Both the position numbers and the translations under genes were made by a program. The notes beneath the pieces are model-generated. The model saw only the letters and a program-made list of their open reading frames with translations, was not told the DNA's origin and did not search any database. Positions 18,165 through 26,942 of a stretch of DNA of 64,000 bases are shown here, piece after piece. The stretch comes from a virus (lineage: Duplodnaviria > Caudoviricetes), in the IMG/VR virus record IMGVR_UViG_3300009709_000004, positions 1,297 through 65,296 of that record. One strand, 5' to 3'. The first letter of the stretch is position 1; the number at the start of each line of letters is the position of its first letter.

Positions 18165-18211
18165 GGCGGCGCTACCGGCTTGTACGGCTCTCTCTGGTGC
18201 AGGAAATGGCA

Positions 18212-19213
18212 ATGCAGCGGACACCCATAACGCCACCCGCCCGGCCGGCCGCGCTGGGTGATTTTTTGCCGTCTGGATCAATACTTTTGGACTGCGTACT
18301 CGGCGGCGGCTGGCGCATGGGGCGCGTGGCTAACATCGTCGGCGATCGATCGAGCGGCAAGACGTTGCTGGCAATCGAAGCATGCGCAAATTTTGCTGCG
18401 ATTACGGATGACGTATCCAGGATTAGATACGTCGAAGCTGAAGCCGCTTTCGATGACGAATACGCCCATATCCTAGGCATGCCGGAAGGTCTGTCTACAA
18501 TTTCCAGCGTACAAACCGTTGAAGCGCTTGAAGATGATCTTATAGAGTTTTTAGGACAACAGAAAGACCGTGCCGGCTGTTTGTACGTAGTGGACAGCTT
18601 AGACGCGCTCTCAGACGATAATGAAATGAAGTTGGAGCGCGGCGATGCGTCTTACGGCGCAGCTAAAGCCAAAGCGCTTTCGGAAATGTTTAGGAAGCGC
18701 ATACGCCAGATCGAAGATGCGAATTGCCTAATGTTCATAATTTCGCAGCTTCGCGATAATATCGGGGTTCGGTTTGGGGAGACGAAAAAACGATCCGGCG
18801 GTAGAGCCCTAGATTACTACGCCACGCAGATTTTATGGCTTACCGAGCTTAAGAAGCTCAAGCGCACTATTCGCGGCGCCGAACGTGTCATCGGGATCGA
18901 GGTTGGCGCACGAACAAAAAAGAACAAGGTTGGTCCGCCGTTTCGTGATTGCGAATTTACGCTGCAATTCGGCTATGGCGTAGACGATGAAACTACGATG
19001 CTGAAATGGCTCATAGACCATAAAGCATTAGATGCTGTTACCGAATTTCCGGGTGAAGATATTGGGAAGCTGATCCCGAAGCTGCGCGCGGCGGGGGACC
19101 GGCCTAAGCTGCGCAAAATTCACGCGGCGCTGTCTGCCGCCGTGCGCGCCCGTTGGGCGGAGATTGAAGACGCGCTACAGCCGCCGATGAAAAAATATGA
19201 CCGGGCAGAGTAG
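18212..19213 (+). CDS. recA: RecA/UvsX-like recombinase
   Basis: SGSILLDCVLGGG, GDRSSGKT, YVEAEAAFD, VVDSLDAL, ISQLRDNIGVRFG, SGGRALDYYA, TKKNKVGPPF. Start at 18206 or 18212 after AGGA. Confidence 0.93.
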   Translation: MQRTPITPPARPAALGDFLPSGSILLDCVLGGGWRMGRVANIVGDRSSGKTLLAIEACANFAAITDDVSRIRYVEAEAAFDDEYAHILGMPEGLSTISSVQTVEALEDDLIEFLGQQKDRAGCLYVVDSLDALSDDNEMKLERGDASYGAAKAKALSEMFRKRIRQIEDANCLMFIISQLRDNIGVRFGETKKRSGGRALDYYATQILWLTELKKLKRTIRGAERVIGIEVGARTKKNKVGPPFRDCEFTLQFGYGVDDETTMLKWLIDHKALDAVTEFPGEDIGKLIPKLRAAGDRPKLRKIHAALSAAVRARWAEIEDALQPPMKKYDRAE

Positions 19214-19772
19214 CAAGACCAAGGGCTCCGCCTGGGAACGCAAAGTCGCCATCGAGCTATCACTCTGGGTCACGCGCGGCGCCCGGGCGGACATATTCGC
19301 TCGCTCTATCGGCTCCGGAAGCCGATTCACCCGCGCCGCCGCGCGACTGGCGGAGACCGCGACGCCTGGCGATCTGATTGCCGCCCATGAAATGGCGTTT
19401 CCGTTCCTACGACTTTTTATGGTCGAATGCAAACATAGAAAGAATATTAGCATATCTGATCTAATCTTCAACGGTGTAAGCGGTAAATCTTTTCTCGCGG
19501 TCACTATCGCCAAAGCCAAGCAAGAAGCGGATACGGCCGGCTTGCACTGGATGGTCATCGCAAAGCAAGACCATAAAGAGCCGCTCGTTTTAATATCAGG
19601 AGAACACTGCGCTATGGCGTCAGACAGGGGCATATGCGCGGTTGCTATGCCATTCTCTTATGTTGACGATCCTATTAAAAATATTTCAATAATGATAATA
19701 AGACTAATTGATCTGACAAAATATGCTAAATGGAAAGAATGGCATAAACTGTTGACGGCTGATAACTTATGA
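19197..19772 (+). CDS. Holliday junction resolvase (Hjc-like PD-(D/E)xK nuclease)
   Basis: SKTKGSAWERKVA, GDL, VECKH. Confidence 0.8.
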   Translation: MTGQSSKTKGSAWERKVAIELSLWVTRGARADIFARSIGSGSRFTRAAARLAETATPGDLIAAHEMAFPFLRLFMVECKHRKNISISDLIFNGVSGKSFLAVTIAKAKQEADTAGLHWMVIAKQDHKEPLVLISGEHCAMASDRGICAVAMPFSYVDDPIKNISIMIIRLIDLTKYAKWKEWHKLLTADNL

Positions 19773-19799
19773 TAAATTGGCATAAGTCATTGGTGAGAT

Positions 19800-20024
19800 A
19801 TGAGACCTATTAAACAGCTTTTAGGTTTGGAACATCCCAGGTGTAAATGCGGTAAATGGGTGTCTTTTAGCAAACGGCACGGCTGGTATATGTCCGGGGA
19901 TTATGGTGAAGAAACTCATTATATATGCCGGGATTGTTTACCGTCTTGGGATGTAAAAGACGGTAAAGGCCGTGGGCCAGAATTTAATTATTGTGGAATA
20001 TATGAACCGGATACAAAGAAGTAA
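19800..20024 (+). CDS. Hypothetical Cys-containing protein
   Basis: 74-aa AT-rich ORF with CKCG and CRDC. Confidence 0.5.
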   Translation: MRPIKQLLGLEHPRCKCGKWVSFSKRHGWYMSGDYGEETHYICRDCLPSWDVKDGKGRGPEFNYCGIYEPDTKK

Positions 20025-20042
20025 AAGAACGAGATCAGTTAT

Positions 20043-20615
20043 ATGATGAGTTTGCAGGACCGCATAGATAACTATGTTCTGGAAACGGAGTTCCCGCGCT
20101 CTTTGTTTGTCAGCGCAGATGGGCGGATCGTGGGCACTTGGATTATGGGCAACGATTATCGAGCTACGACATCGTTGTATGGAAGTTACCCAGCTGGTTA
20201 TCTCCGCCGTATCAAGGCGCTGTTTCCGGATAAGAAATCTGTCTTGCATCTATTCAGCGGGTCTGTGGATTTATCCGCTTTTCCGGGAGAGACAGTAGAC
20301 ATTAACCCCGCCACATCGCCCACATACCTAGACAATGCGCAAACACTTTTGAATGTACCGCTGGATAAATATGATCTTATACTAGCCGATCCGCCTTATA
20401 GCGTGGAAGATGCTGAACATTACCAGACAACTATGATAAAAAGAAATTTGGTTATGCGGGCGCTTCAACGGACACATTCCGGTTGTCATATCGTTTGGTT
20501 GGATCAAGTTCTGCCTATGTATCGAAAAGATGCTTTTGATCTTCAAGCCGCAATCGGTATGTATAAGTCTACTAACCACAGGTTTCGCGGGATCAGCATC
20601 TTTTGTAGAAAGTGA
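20043..20615 (+). CDS. Small DNA adenine methyltransferase
   Basis: Motif I VLHLFSGS, VDINP, motif IV ILADPPYS. Confidence 0.75.
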   Translation: MMSLQDRIDNYVLETEFPRSLFVSADGRIVGTWIMGNDYRATTSLYGSYPAGYLRRIKALFPDKKSVLHLFSGSVDLSAFPGETVDINPATSPTYLDNAQTLLNVPLDKYDLILADPPYSVEDAEHYQTTMIKRNLVMRALQRTHSGCHIVWLDQVLPMYRKDAFDLQAAIGMYKSTNHRFRGISIFCRK

Positions 20616-20619
20616 CAAC

Positions 20620-21666
20620 ATGATACTAACCGCAGATTGGCATCTAACGGATAAACCGGAGGATGAATATCGTTGGAATATTTTTGACGTAATCAAAAGT
20701 GTTTTGATCGAACATCCGCAGCCGGTTTTTATCCTCGGGGATATCACGGATCGCGCGGACAGACATCGCGGCGCGCTGGTGAACCGGCTAGTGGACAGCC
20801 TTATGGCTCTCGCAGTACAGGCTCAGCATAACATCGTAATCCTAGCCGGTAATCACGATGCGCCCGCGCTTGGGCCGCATTTTTTTAATTTCGCTAATGA
20901 GCTAAGACTTGCCACGCTCAAGGGCGAGCTTTATTATGTTTGTACACCAAAAATGTACTATCATCAGGGTAAAAGTATACTCTTGTTGCCCTGGTCGGAT
21001 AATCCGCTTGAAGCCTGGAAAAAAGAAATAGAGCGTCAGATTGACGGTGTGTTTATGCATCAGCCGGTGACCGGGGCGGTTGGCGAAAACGGCGTGAGGC
21101 TGTCGGATGTAGCAAGCCTGCCAGTCTTTCCTCGGAGCTGTAAGATTTATAGCGGCGATATTCACACGCCGCAGCGCGTCGGGCGAATTGAGTACGTAGG
21201 GGCGCCGTTTCATATAAAATTCGGCGATAGCTATAAGACACGCATCCTTATGCTTAACAATGATTTGCGTATATCTAAAGAAATCACGGTTCGGATGATG
21301 CGCAAACATCTTGTTGAAACAGCTGGGTTTGATCTTCCGAATATAGAAGATTTGGAGGCAGGAGATCAGATAAAAATACGCGCGTCTCTTTCACCGGACC
21401 ATATGGCGCAGTGGCCGGCGCAGCAGGAAAAGTTACGAGAATGGGCTCAAAAGAAAGAAGTAACTATTAGCAGCATTGAAACTATTGTTGCTATTCCGCA
21501 ATCTATGCATGCGCCGGAGGAAGACCGTTATGTTACCGGCTACGATCCACTGTATGTTATTGGTGACTACATAACGAACAGCGAAAGGCTAACCGATGAT
21601 GATCTGATAAATCACGGTATCAACTTATTGAAAGCGGAAATAGAATTTCAACGATCGGAACGGTGA
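20620..21666 (+). CDS. sbcD: SbcD/Mre11-like metallophosphoesterase nuclease
   Basis: TADWHL, ILGDITD, LAGNHD, FMHQ, SGDIH. Confidence 0.9.
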   Translation: MILTADWHLTDKPEDEYRWNIFDVIKSVLIEHPQPVFILGDITDRADRHRGALVNRLVDSLMALAVQAQHNIVILAGNHDAPALGPHFFNFANELRLATLKGELYYVCTPKMYYHQGKSILLLPWSDNPLEAWKKEIERQIDGVFMHQPVTGAVGENGVRLSDVASLPVFPRSCKIYSGDIHTPQRVGRIEYVGAPFHIKFGDSYKTRILMLNNDLRISKEITVRMMRKHLVETAGFDLPNIEDLEAGDQIKIRASLSPDHMAQWPAQQEKLREWAQKKEVTISSIETIVAIPQSMHAPEEDRYVTGYDPLYVIGDYITNSERLTDDDLINHGINLLKAEIEFQRSER

Positions 21667-21672
21667 TATAAC

Positions 21673-21918
21673 ATGACCGAAATGCGGTGTGACAGGTGTC
21701 AGTATTGGCAACCCAGAAAGGCGCTTATCTATGTGTCCGAGTTTTCGTGCTGCACGAAAGTTTTTGCGGCTTCGGAGATCTTGTCGCCCGACCAAGAATT
21801 AAATCCCCCATACGCCGATCAGAAGATATTCGTTTTCGATGATTATGATGCACAAGAAGTGTGGACAAAAGCAGATTTTTTCTGCGCCCATTTTACGCAG
21901 ATAAAAAAGAAATATTAA
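21673..21918 (+). CDS. Hypothetical protein
   Basis: CDRCQYW and a terminal FFCAHF. Lies between sbcD and sbcC. Confidence 0.55.
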   Translation: MTEMRCDRCQYWQPRKALIYVSEFSCCTKVFAASEILSPDQELNPPYADQKIFVFDDYDAQEVWTKADFFCAHFTQIKKKY

Positions 21919-23763
21919 ATGCGCAATGTCCATGTTGCAAGCATCACCATCGAGAACTTCAAATCGTTCGTGAATGCGACAACTATTCATTTTACCGAGA
22001 CCGTAGGGCTGATATTTTTCGGCGGAGTAAATGAGGTAGAACCGCGTCTAGGCGCCAATGGCGCCGGCAAATCCAGCCTTTGGGACGCGCTGATCTGGTT
22101 GCTGTATGGCAAGACCGCGCGAGGAAATCTCGCGTCGGAAATTACGTCGTGGGGGCAATCCCGGCCCCGTGTGCAAGCGCTGTTTCGTATAGACGGGCAG
22201 TTCTTTTGGCTTGAGCGCTGGGGTTCGCCGAATAAGCTCTACACAAAAGACGATCAGAACGAAAAGCCATATGCCATAGATCAGCGTGATGTCGAAGTCA
22301 CTATTGGTCTGACATATAAGCGCTTTCTGCAAAGCGTAATATTTGGACAGATGGTGCCGCTATTTCTCGATTTAACGATTCCGCAGCGCGGCGAACTGCT
22401 CGACGAGGTGATGGATTTAGGTCTATGGCTTCGCGCAAGCGAGCGTGCGTCCAAATCCATGGCGGAATTTCAAAGCGCAGCCCGAAAAGCATCCAATCAA
22501 GCTGACGTGCTGGCGGGCGAAGTGCGCGGGCTAGAATCTGAAGATGCCATACAAAAACAAATAGATGAATGGGAAGAACAGCGCCATAAGCTTATAGAGA
22601 TCGAACTCGCAAAGATAGAAGCTCTAGAAAAAGAGCTAGACGTATCCCTAGAAAACAAAAAGCTCGCCGAACAAGAAACGGCTGGCGACAGTCGCGCCAT
22701 ATCCGAGTGCGAAACTCGGATATCTGAGCTTACAGAAAAGATAGAAACCGCATCGAAAAAGCAGTATAAATGGCGCGCAGAACGTGTAGAACTGGATGTC
22801 CAGAAAGCTTTTTTTGCGAAACATCTTAGTCACAGTGGCGCATCTTGTCCGCAATGCGGCCAGATTATGACTGAGCAGATGCTGCGTTCAAGCATCGCGA
22901 AAATTCAGGAAAAAATTAAGGAAGCTGAGAAGGAGGAAACCAGATACCTCGCACAGCGCGATAGTCTGAGGAAAGCGCTCGCGGGCGTGACATCGCGACT
23001 AGAGACGCTGCGTCGGCAGGACCGGGATATCGAAACCCGGATCAGCATGCTGTCTCTGCGGATATCCGCGCAAGAGCGGGCGATCGAGGAAGCGATTGCC
23101 CGAGTGGAGCAGCAGCACGCATCGCACGCAAATCCCCACGCCAAGCGGCTACAGGCGGTCTTACAGCGGCGCGCCGCGCTGGCCGCACAGATAGACGAGC
23201 TGCGCGCGGAAGCGGCTGTAGCCGCCGCTAATGCCGCGCGTAGCGACTATTGGCGCACAGCGTTCAAGCGGGTGCGGCTGTTTTTAGTCGCGCGCGTGCT
23301 CACGACGTTTGAGGTCGAAACCGCGAACGCGGCTAGCGTCTTAGGTCTGCCAGGATGGCAGATCAAATACGCTACCGAAGTAGAAACAAAATCCGGAAGC
23401 ATGAAAGCCGGCATTCAGGTTCTCGTGCAATCCCCGTTGGCGTCGGCGCCATGGGAAGTATGGAGCGGAGGCGAGGGGCAGCGGATCAAGCTAGCTGTGT
23501 CGCTCGGTATGGCGGCGATGATCCAGCGCAGCGCAGGTGTAAATTTCACGTGGGAGGTCTACGACGAACCAGCCGCGTGGCTTTCTTCCGAGGGCATAGA
23601 CGATCTTCTAGAATGCCTAGATTATCGCGCACAAATTACTAAAAAAGCGGTTTGGATTATCGATCCGCGCGGTTTTAATTACGGCGGATTTATTGAACAG
23701 TGGCAAGCTATTAAAACCGTTACGGGCACTTGTATAAGGAGGATAGGCGCAACGGTGTCCTAA
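21919..23763 (+). CDS. sbcC: SbcC/Rad50-like ABC ATPase
   Basis: GANGAGKSS Walker A, CPQC zinc hook, coiled coils, SGGEGQR signature, YDEP Walker B. Confidence 0.92.
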   Translation: MRNVHVASITIENFKSFVNATTIHFTETVGLIFFGGVNEVEPRLGANGAGKSSLWDALIWLLYGKTARGNLASEITSWGQSRPRVQALFRIDGQFFWLERWGSPNKLYTKDDQNEKPYAIDQRDVEVTIGLTYKRFLQSVIFGQMVPLFLDLTIPQRGELLDEVMDLGLWLRASERASKSMAEFQSAARKASNQADVLAGEVRGLESEDAIQKQIDEWEEQRHKLIEIELAKIEALEKELDVSLENKKLAEQETAGDSRAISECETRISELTEKIETASKKQYKWRAERVELDVQKAFFAKHLSHSGASCPQCGQIMTEQMLRSSIAKIQEKIKEAEKEETRYLAQRDSLRKALAGVTSRLETLRRQDRDIETRISMLSLRISAQERAIEEAIARVEQQHASHANPHAKRLQAVLQRRAALAAQIDELRAEAAVAAANAARSDYWRTAFKRVRLFLVARVLTTFEVETANAASVLGLPGWQIKYATEVETKSGSMKAGIQVLVQSPLASAPWEVWSGGEGQRIKLAVSLGMAAMIQRSAGVNFTWEVYDEPAAWLSSEGIDDLLECLDYRAQITKKAVWIIDPRGFNYGGFIEQWQAIKTVTGTCIRRIGATVS

Positions 23764-23777
23764 CGGAAGGGTTACAT

Positions 23778-24074
23778 ATGTATTTCGATGTAGTGACGGC
23801 GGTGGTCAACGGCGAGCATCACGAGCTTTCGCTCCGCAACTTGGCGATCCTGGCGGCCGTGCACGGCCAGCCGGAATGCTCCGTTCGTGACGTTCACCAA
23901 AAGCTCGGCATCTCCAAACCATCCATTACCCGAAATGCTCAGATGCTCGCCGAACTCGGCTTGTTGGAGATCAAAAAAAGCAATATGGATCGGCGCCTCG
24001 TATATATAAGCCTTACCAAAAAAGGCAAAGGTTTTTGTAAGAAATATGCGAAGCATGACAATGTGACCGCGTAA
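23778..24074 (+). CDS. MarR-family winged-HTH protein
   Basis: LSLRNLAIL…SVRDVHQKLGISKPSITR…L.ELGLL…DRRLVYISLTKKG. Confidence 0.85.
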   Translation: MYFDVVTAVVNGEHHELSLRNLAILAAVHGQPECSVRDVHQKLGISKPSITRNAQMLAELGLLEIKKSNMDRRLVYISLTKKGKGFCKKYAKHDNVTA

Positions 24075-24102
24075 AAACTAACATATAAACGCGAGGCATG
24101 TC

Positions 24103-24513
24103 ATGGCCAAGATCACGATTGAAGCGAACGTTATCGTTTCTGCCATTGAGATAACGTGTCAACCGGGCGATTCATTGATCGTTCTTGACGACTATGTTGT
24201 CGGCGTCATGAGAAAAGATGCGACGAGTGAACGCACTGTTGACACAAACGTGTCTTTGAAAGTGCCAGTTCGGCGAAAAGCCAGAAACGACCTTCCGACG
24301 TTGGATGATGTGCTGAAACTCCTGAAAAAGTACCCAACCGGACTGCAAACCCGGCAGATTGCGGATAAACTTAACGTTGAAAACGTCTCAGAGCGTAACT
24401 CCCTAGCTAACATGCTAGCCTCCGCATACAAGAGAGGGGAACTATCAGTTTTGGATAACAGTCAGCGGTTTAAGCGTTACAGACTTCCCACAGTACAGGA
24501 ACCAGCGACATGA
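24103..24513 (+). CDS. Hypothetical protein with probable C-terminal winged HTH
   Basis: VLKLLKKYPTGLQTRQIADKL…LASAYKRGEL. Confidence 0.55.
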   Translation: MAKITIEANVIVSAIEITCQPGDSLIVLDDYVVGVMRKDATSERTVDTNVSLKVPVRRKARNDLPTLDDVLKLLKKYPTGLQTRQIADKLNVENVSERNSLANMLASAYKRGELSVLDNSQRFKRYRLPTVQEPAT

Positions 24514-24758
24514 TAACTGGTAAATATGTCCCGCCGACAGAACAACAGCTTGATGACATACTACGCAAACATAGGGAGGAAGTAAACGCGATACGACGAT
24601 CGCTAAACTATAGAATTGACGATTTAGCAAGCCAGCTCGAAATAGAGAGAAGCAAAGCGAAAAATCTTCTAGCTACGTTGAAGAAAATTAAGACTAATTT
24701 ACAAGCGGCCGAGAATACGATTATGGCGGCGAGAGAAGCCGGTATAGTGTTTGATTGA
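24510..24758 (+). CDS. Hypothetical coiled-coil protein
   Basis: ATGA-coupled 82-aa ORF. Confidence 0.55.
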   Translation: MITGKYVPPTEQQLDDILRKHREEVNAIRRSLNYRIDDLASQLEIERSKAKNLLATLKKIKTNLQAAENTIMAAREAGIVFD

Positions 24759-24780
24759 TAAACCGTGAAAGGCTTCCTCG

Positions 24781-25257
24781 ATGGACGAGAGCGCATCAAA
24801 GCCAGTATTAAAAATCGCGGTAGGTGGCCCGCGCATGTCGGGCAAAACAGCTCTAATCCAGAGCTTGATTGTGATGCTTGAAGGCATAGGCGCTCACGTC
24901 CATTTTCATGATGGCGACAAGCACAAACAAAAAGAAAAACGTCCGTTTAATACGCTTGTCGGAAAACAAGTCATTATTTACGAGATTAACGCGCCCGTTA
25001 AGCACATTGATGTCATCGATGGTGTGACGCCAGATCAGGATAAGGCGCTGGCGCCGAGCCCGGAACCTTATCATGTCCGCGATGTTCCCGAGGCGTCCCC
25101 AACTAAGAGCGGCCACAAATCCCCGCCGCGCGAACCCATAATTCGCGAGCCCAAACCGAGGTTAAATCTGCCGCCATCGGGCACGAGAGTTACCTTGTGG
25201 CCGGACAGCGATGTCCCGCAAAAGCGCGCGCAGATTACCCGGAACAAATCAAAATGA
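24781..25257 (+). CDS. Hypothetical protein with a P-loop-like motif
   Basis: IAVGGPRMSGKT near the N-terminus, Pro-rich tail. No Walker B recognised. Confidence 0.5.
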   Translation: MDESASKPVLKIAVGGPRMSGKTALIQSLIVMLEGIGAHVHFHDGDKHKQKEKRPFNTLVGKQVIIYEINAPVKHIDVIDGVTPDQDKALAPSPEPYHVRDVPEASPTKSGHKSPPREPIIREPKPRLNLPPSGTRVTLWPDSDVPQKRAQITRNKSK

Positions 25258-25487
25258 TTATCATATCTATACAGCAGTATGCGCCCGTATTTTGGGGCAT
25301 CTTTATTTGTGTTCTCGGTATAGCCGCCACTGCGTATGGATTTGCATATTTGTGGAATCTGAGTGGCGGCTATATGCGAATTTTCAAAGCCGCCTTGATC
25401 GGCAGCCTGTGGGCGGCCGTAGGGACCGTAGCGGTCCTTTCGGGGTTTGAGCGGCTGATCGATGTCATCCTGTGGGCGGCCCGATAG
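25254..25487 (+). CDS. Small two-TM membrane protein
   Basis: ATGA-coupled. Two hydrophobic segments. Confidence 0.6.
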   Translation: MIIISIQQYAPVFWGIFICVLGIAATAYGFAYLWNLSGGYMRIFKAALIGSLWAAVGTVAVLSGFERLIDVILWAAR

Positions 25488-25489
25488 GG

Positions 25490-25585
25490 CGCTACAGAAG
25501 GCGCTATAGGCCGGTATGGGCGACAGCTGGGCCTAGTCCCTGCCCAGTTTTTCTCTGGCTTGTGGCGTCTTCTATAGCCGTTCTG
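25490..25585. repeat. Dispersed long-hairpin element, variant copy E
   Basis: ctacagaaggcgctataggccgg … ctggcttgtggcgtcttctatag (imperfect stem). Confidence 0.6.
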
Positions 25586-25672
25586 GGGGCATCGTGCGCC
25601 GGCACACCCGGGCAAGCCCGGCGGCGTCAATCGGTCTAGCATGTCTTTCAACAACAGATGAGGAATGTGCTC

Positions 25673-25936
25673 ATGTCTACATCTACAGAGACACATACCG
25701 ACGTGCCAAATAAGATATATATTACCATTTATGGTGATGATAGCGACGCTCTTTGCGCGGTGCTATCTTCTATAACCTCGTTGTTGTATTCATACAAGGT
25801 TAAAGTCGAGTTCGCCGATAATTCGGCAACAGATCGCGCTTTGCGCATTATCGAGGATAAGGCGCAAGCTTTGGTAAATCAGAAAGTTCAGATACGAGCA
25901 GTGATATTTAACGAGGACGGTTACGCCCGGCCGTAG
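25673..25936 (+). CDS. Hypothetical protein
   Basis: GAGGA SD upstream of the start. Confidence 0.55.
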   Translation: MSTSTETHTDVPNKIYITIYGDDSDALCAVLSSITSLLYSYKVKVEFADNSATDRALRIIEDKAQALVNQKVQIRAVIFNEDGYARP

Positions 25937-25942
25937 CGCGCA

Positions 25943-26243
25943 TTGTATGTTACCCGCGTAACATTTTATGGGAAACGTGTCGTGAGCGTTTTAGTTAGTA
26001 AAAGCGTAAAAATTGACGGGCGCCGAACAAGCCTCCGTATGAGCCCGGAATTTTGGAACGCCATAGATGAGATCGCAAAAGAACTCAATCAAGGTCGGGA
26101 CGCATGTATAGACATGATATGCCGCCAAGCGCGGCCCGGAAAAAAACAACCGATCTAACGCGATCCGCGTGTATGTCTTGCTATGGTTTCAAAACAAATA
26201 CCACGAAACGCGAGATCAAATGGGGGCACGCTATGCTGGGTAA
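25943..26243 (+). pseudogene. Ribbon-helix-helix (RHH_4-type) regulator split by a frameshift at an A7 run
   Basis: The N-terminal half SKSVKIDGRRTSLRMSPEFWNAIDEIA stops at 26158. The expected C-terminal NAIRVYVLLWF continues in the +1 frame to TAA at 26241-26243. Confidence 0.7.
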
Positions 26244-26937
26244 GAACGCGATCGCGCCAGTACTTGCTGATAATTGGAAACTGAACGTTCACAGCGTGTG
26301 GTACACCATCCGCAATACCGGTCCCTGGATGGGCTACCCTGTCATCGTCATTCGGCTGGCCGGCTGCAATCTGCGGTGCTTTTGGTGTGATGTGGATTTT
26401 GAGCGCGGCGCCAAAGAGATCGAGGTCGATGCTCTCGTTAATACGATCGTCGGCCTTTCGCGCACTCATCGGGTGCGCAAAGTGCTGATTACCGGCGGCG
26501 AGCCGATGATACAAGCCGGAATTGTCTCTCTTATCCATCAGCTTGCGCGGCAATATATTAGGTTTGAGATCGAGACGAACGGGCTGGAATGGCCGGCAAA
26601 GATGGAAACCGTCCTGCCGTTTGTTACGATCAACGTATCCCCCAAGACACAGCATATTATTGAGCAAGTTACCAGGTTTGCTGGCGCATGGAGCTATGTC
26701 ATCGCTGCCGGCGAGACGCATGTGACGGACGGCTTGCCGATGATGAGTACACAAGAACGCGATGAGCCAACGAAGATCGCACGGCCTTTTCATCGGTACT
26801 CTAACACATTTGTGCAACCCCGGAATGATGGCGATCCGATCAAGAACAAGGCCAACACAGACGCCGCGATCAAGATCGCGATGAAATTTGGATATCGTCT
26901 GAGCCTTCAAACCAATAAAATGGTCGGTCTGGACTGA
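26233..26937 (+). CDS. queE: QueE-like radical SAM protein (7-carboxy-7-deazaguanine synthase family)
   Basis: IRLAGCNLRCFWCD (CxxxCxxC), VLITGGEP, IETNG, NVSPK, YRLSLQTNK. Confidence 0.85.
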   Translation: MLGKNAIAPVLADNWKLNVHSVWYTIRNTGPWMGYPVIVIRLAGCNLRCFWCDVDFERGAKEIEVDALVNTIVGLSRTHRVRKVLITGGEPMIQAGIVSLIHQLARQYIRFEIETNGLEWPAKMETVLPFVTINVSPKTQHIIEQVTRFAGAWSYVIAAGETHVTDGLPMMSTQERDEPTKIARPFHRYSNTFVQPRNDGDPIKNKANTDAAIKIAMKFGYRLSLQTNKMVGLD

Positions 26938-26942
26938 TACGA

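Noticed and set aside
17846-18205. N-terminal extension of RecA in the ORF track
   Set aside because: It overlaps the SSB gene and an intergenic palindrome. The SD and homology begin at 18206-18212.
24781-25257. Functional NTPase
   Set aside because: Only a Walker A-like motif in a short protein. No Walker B or fold support.
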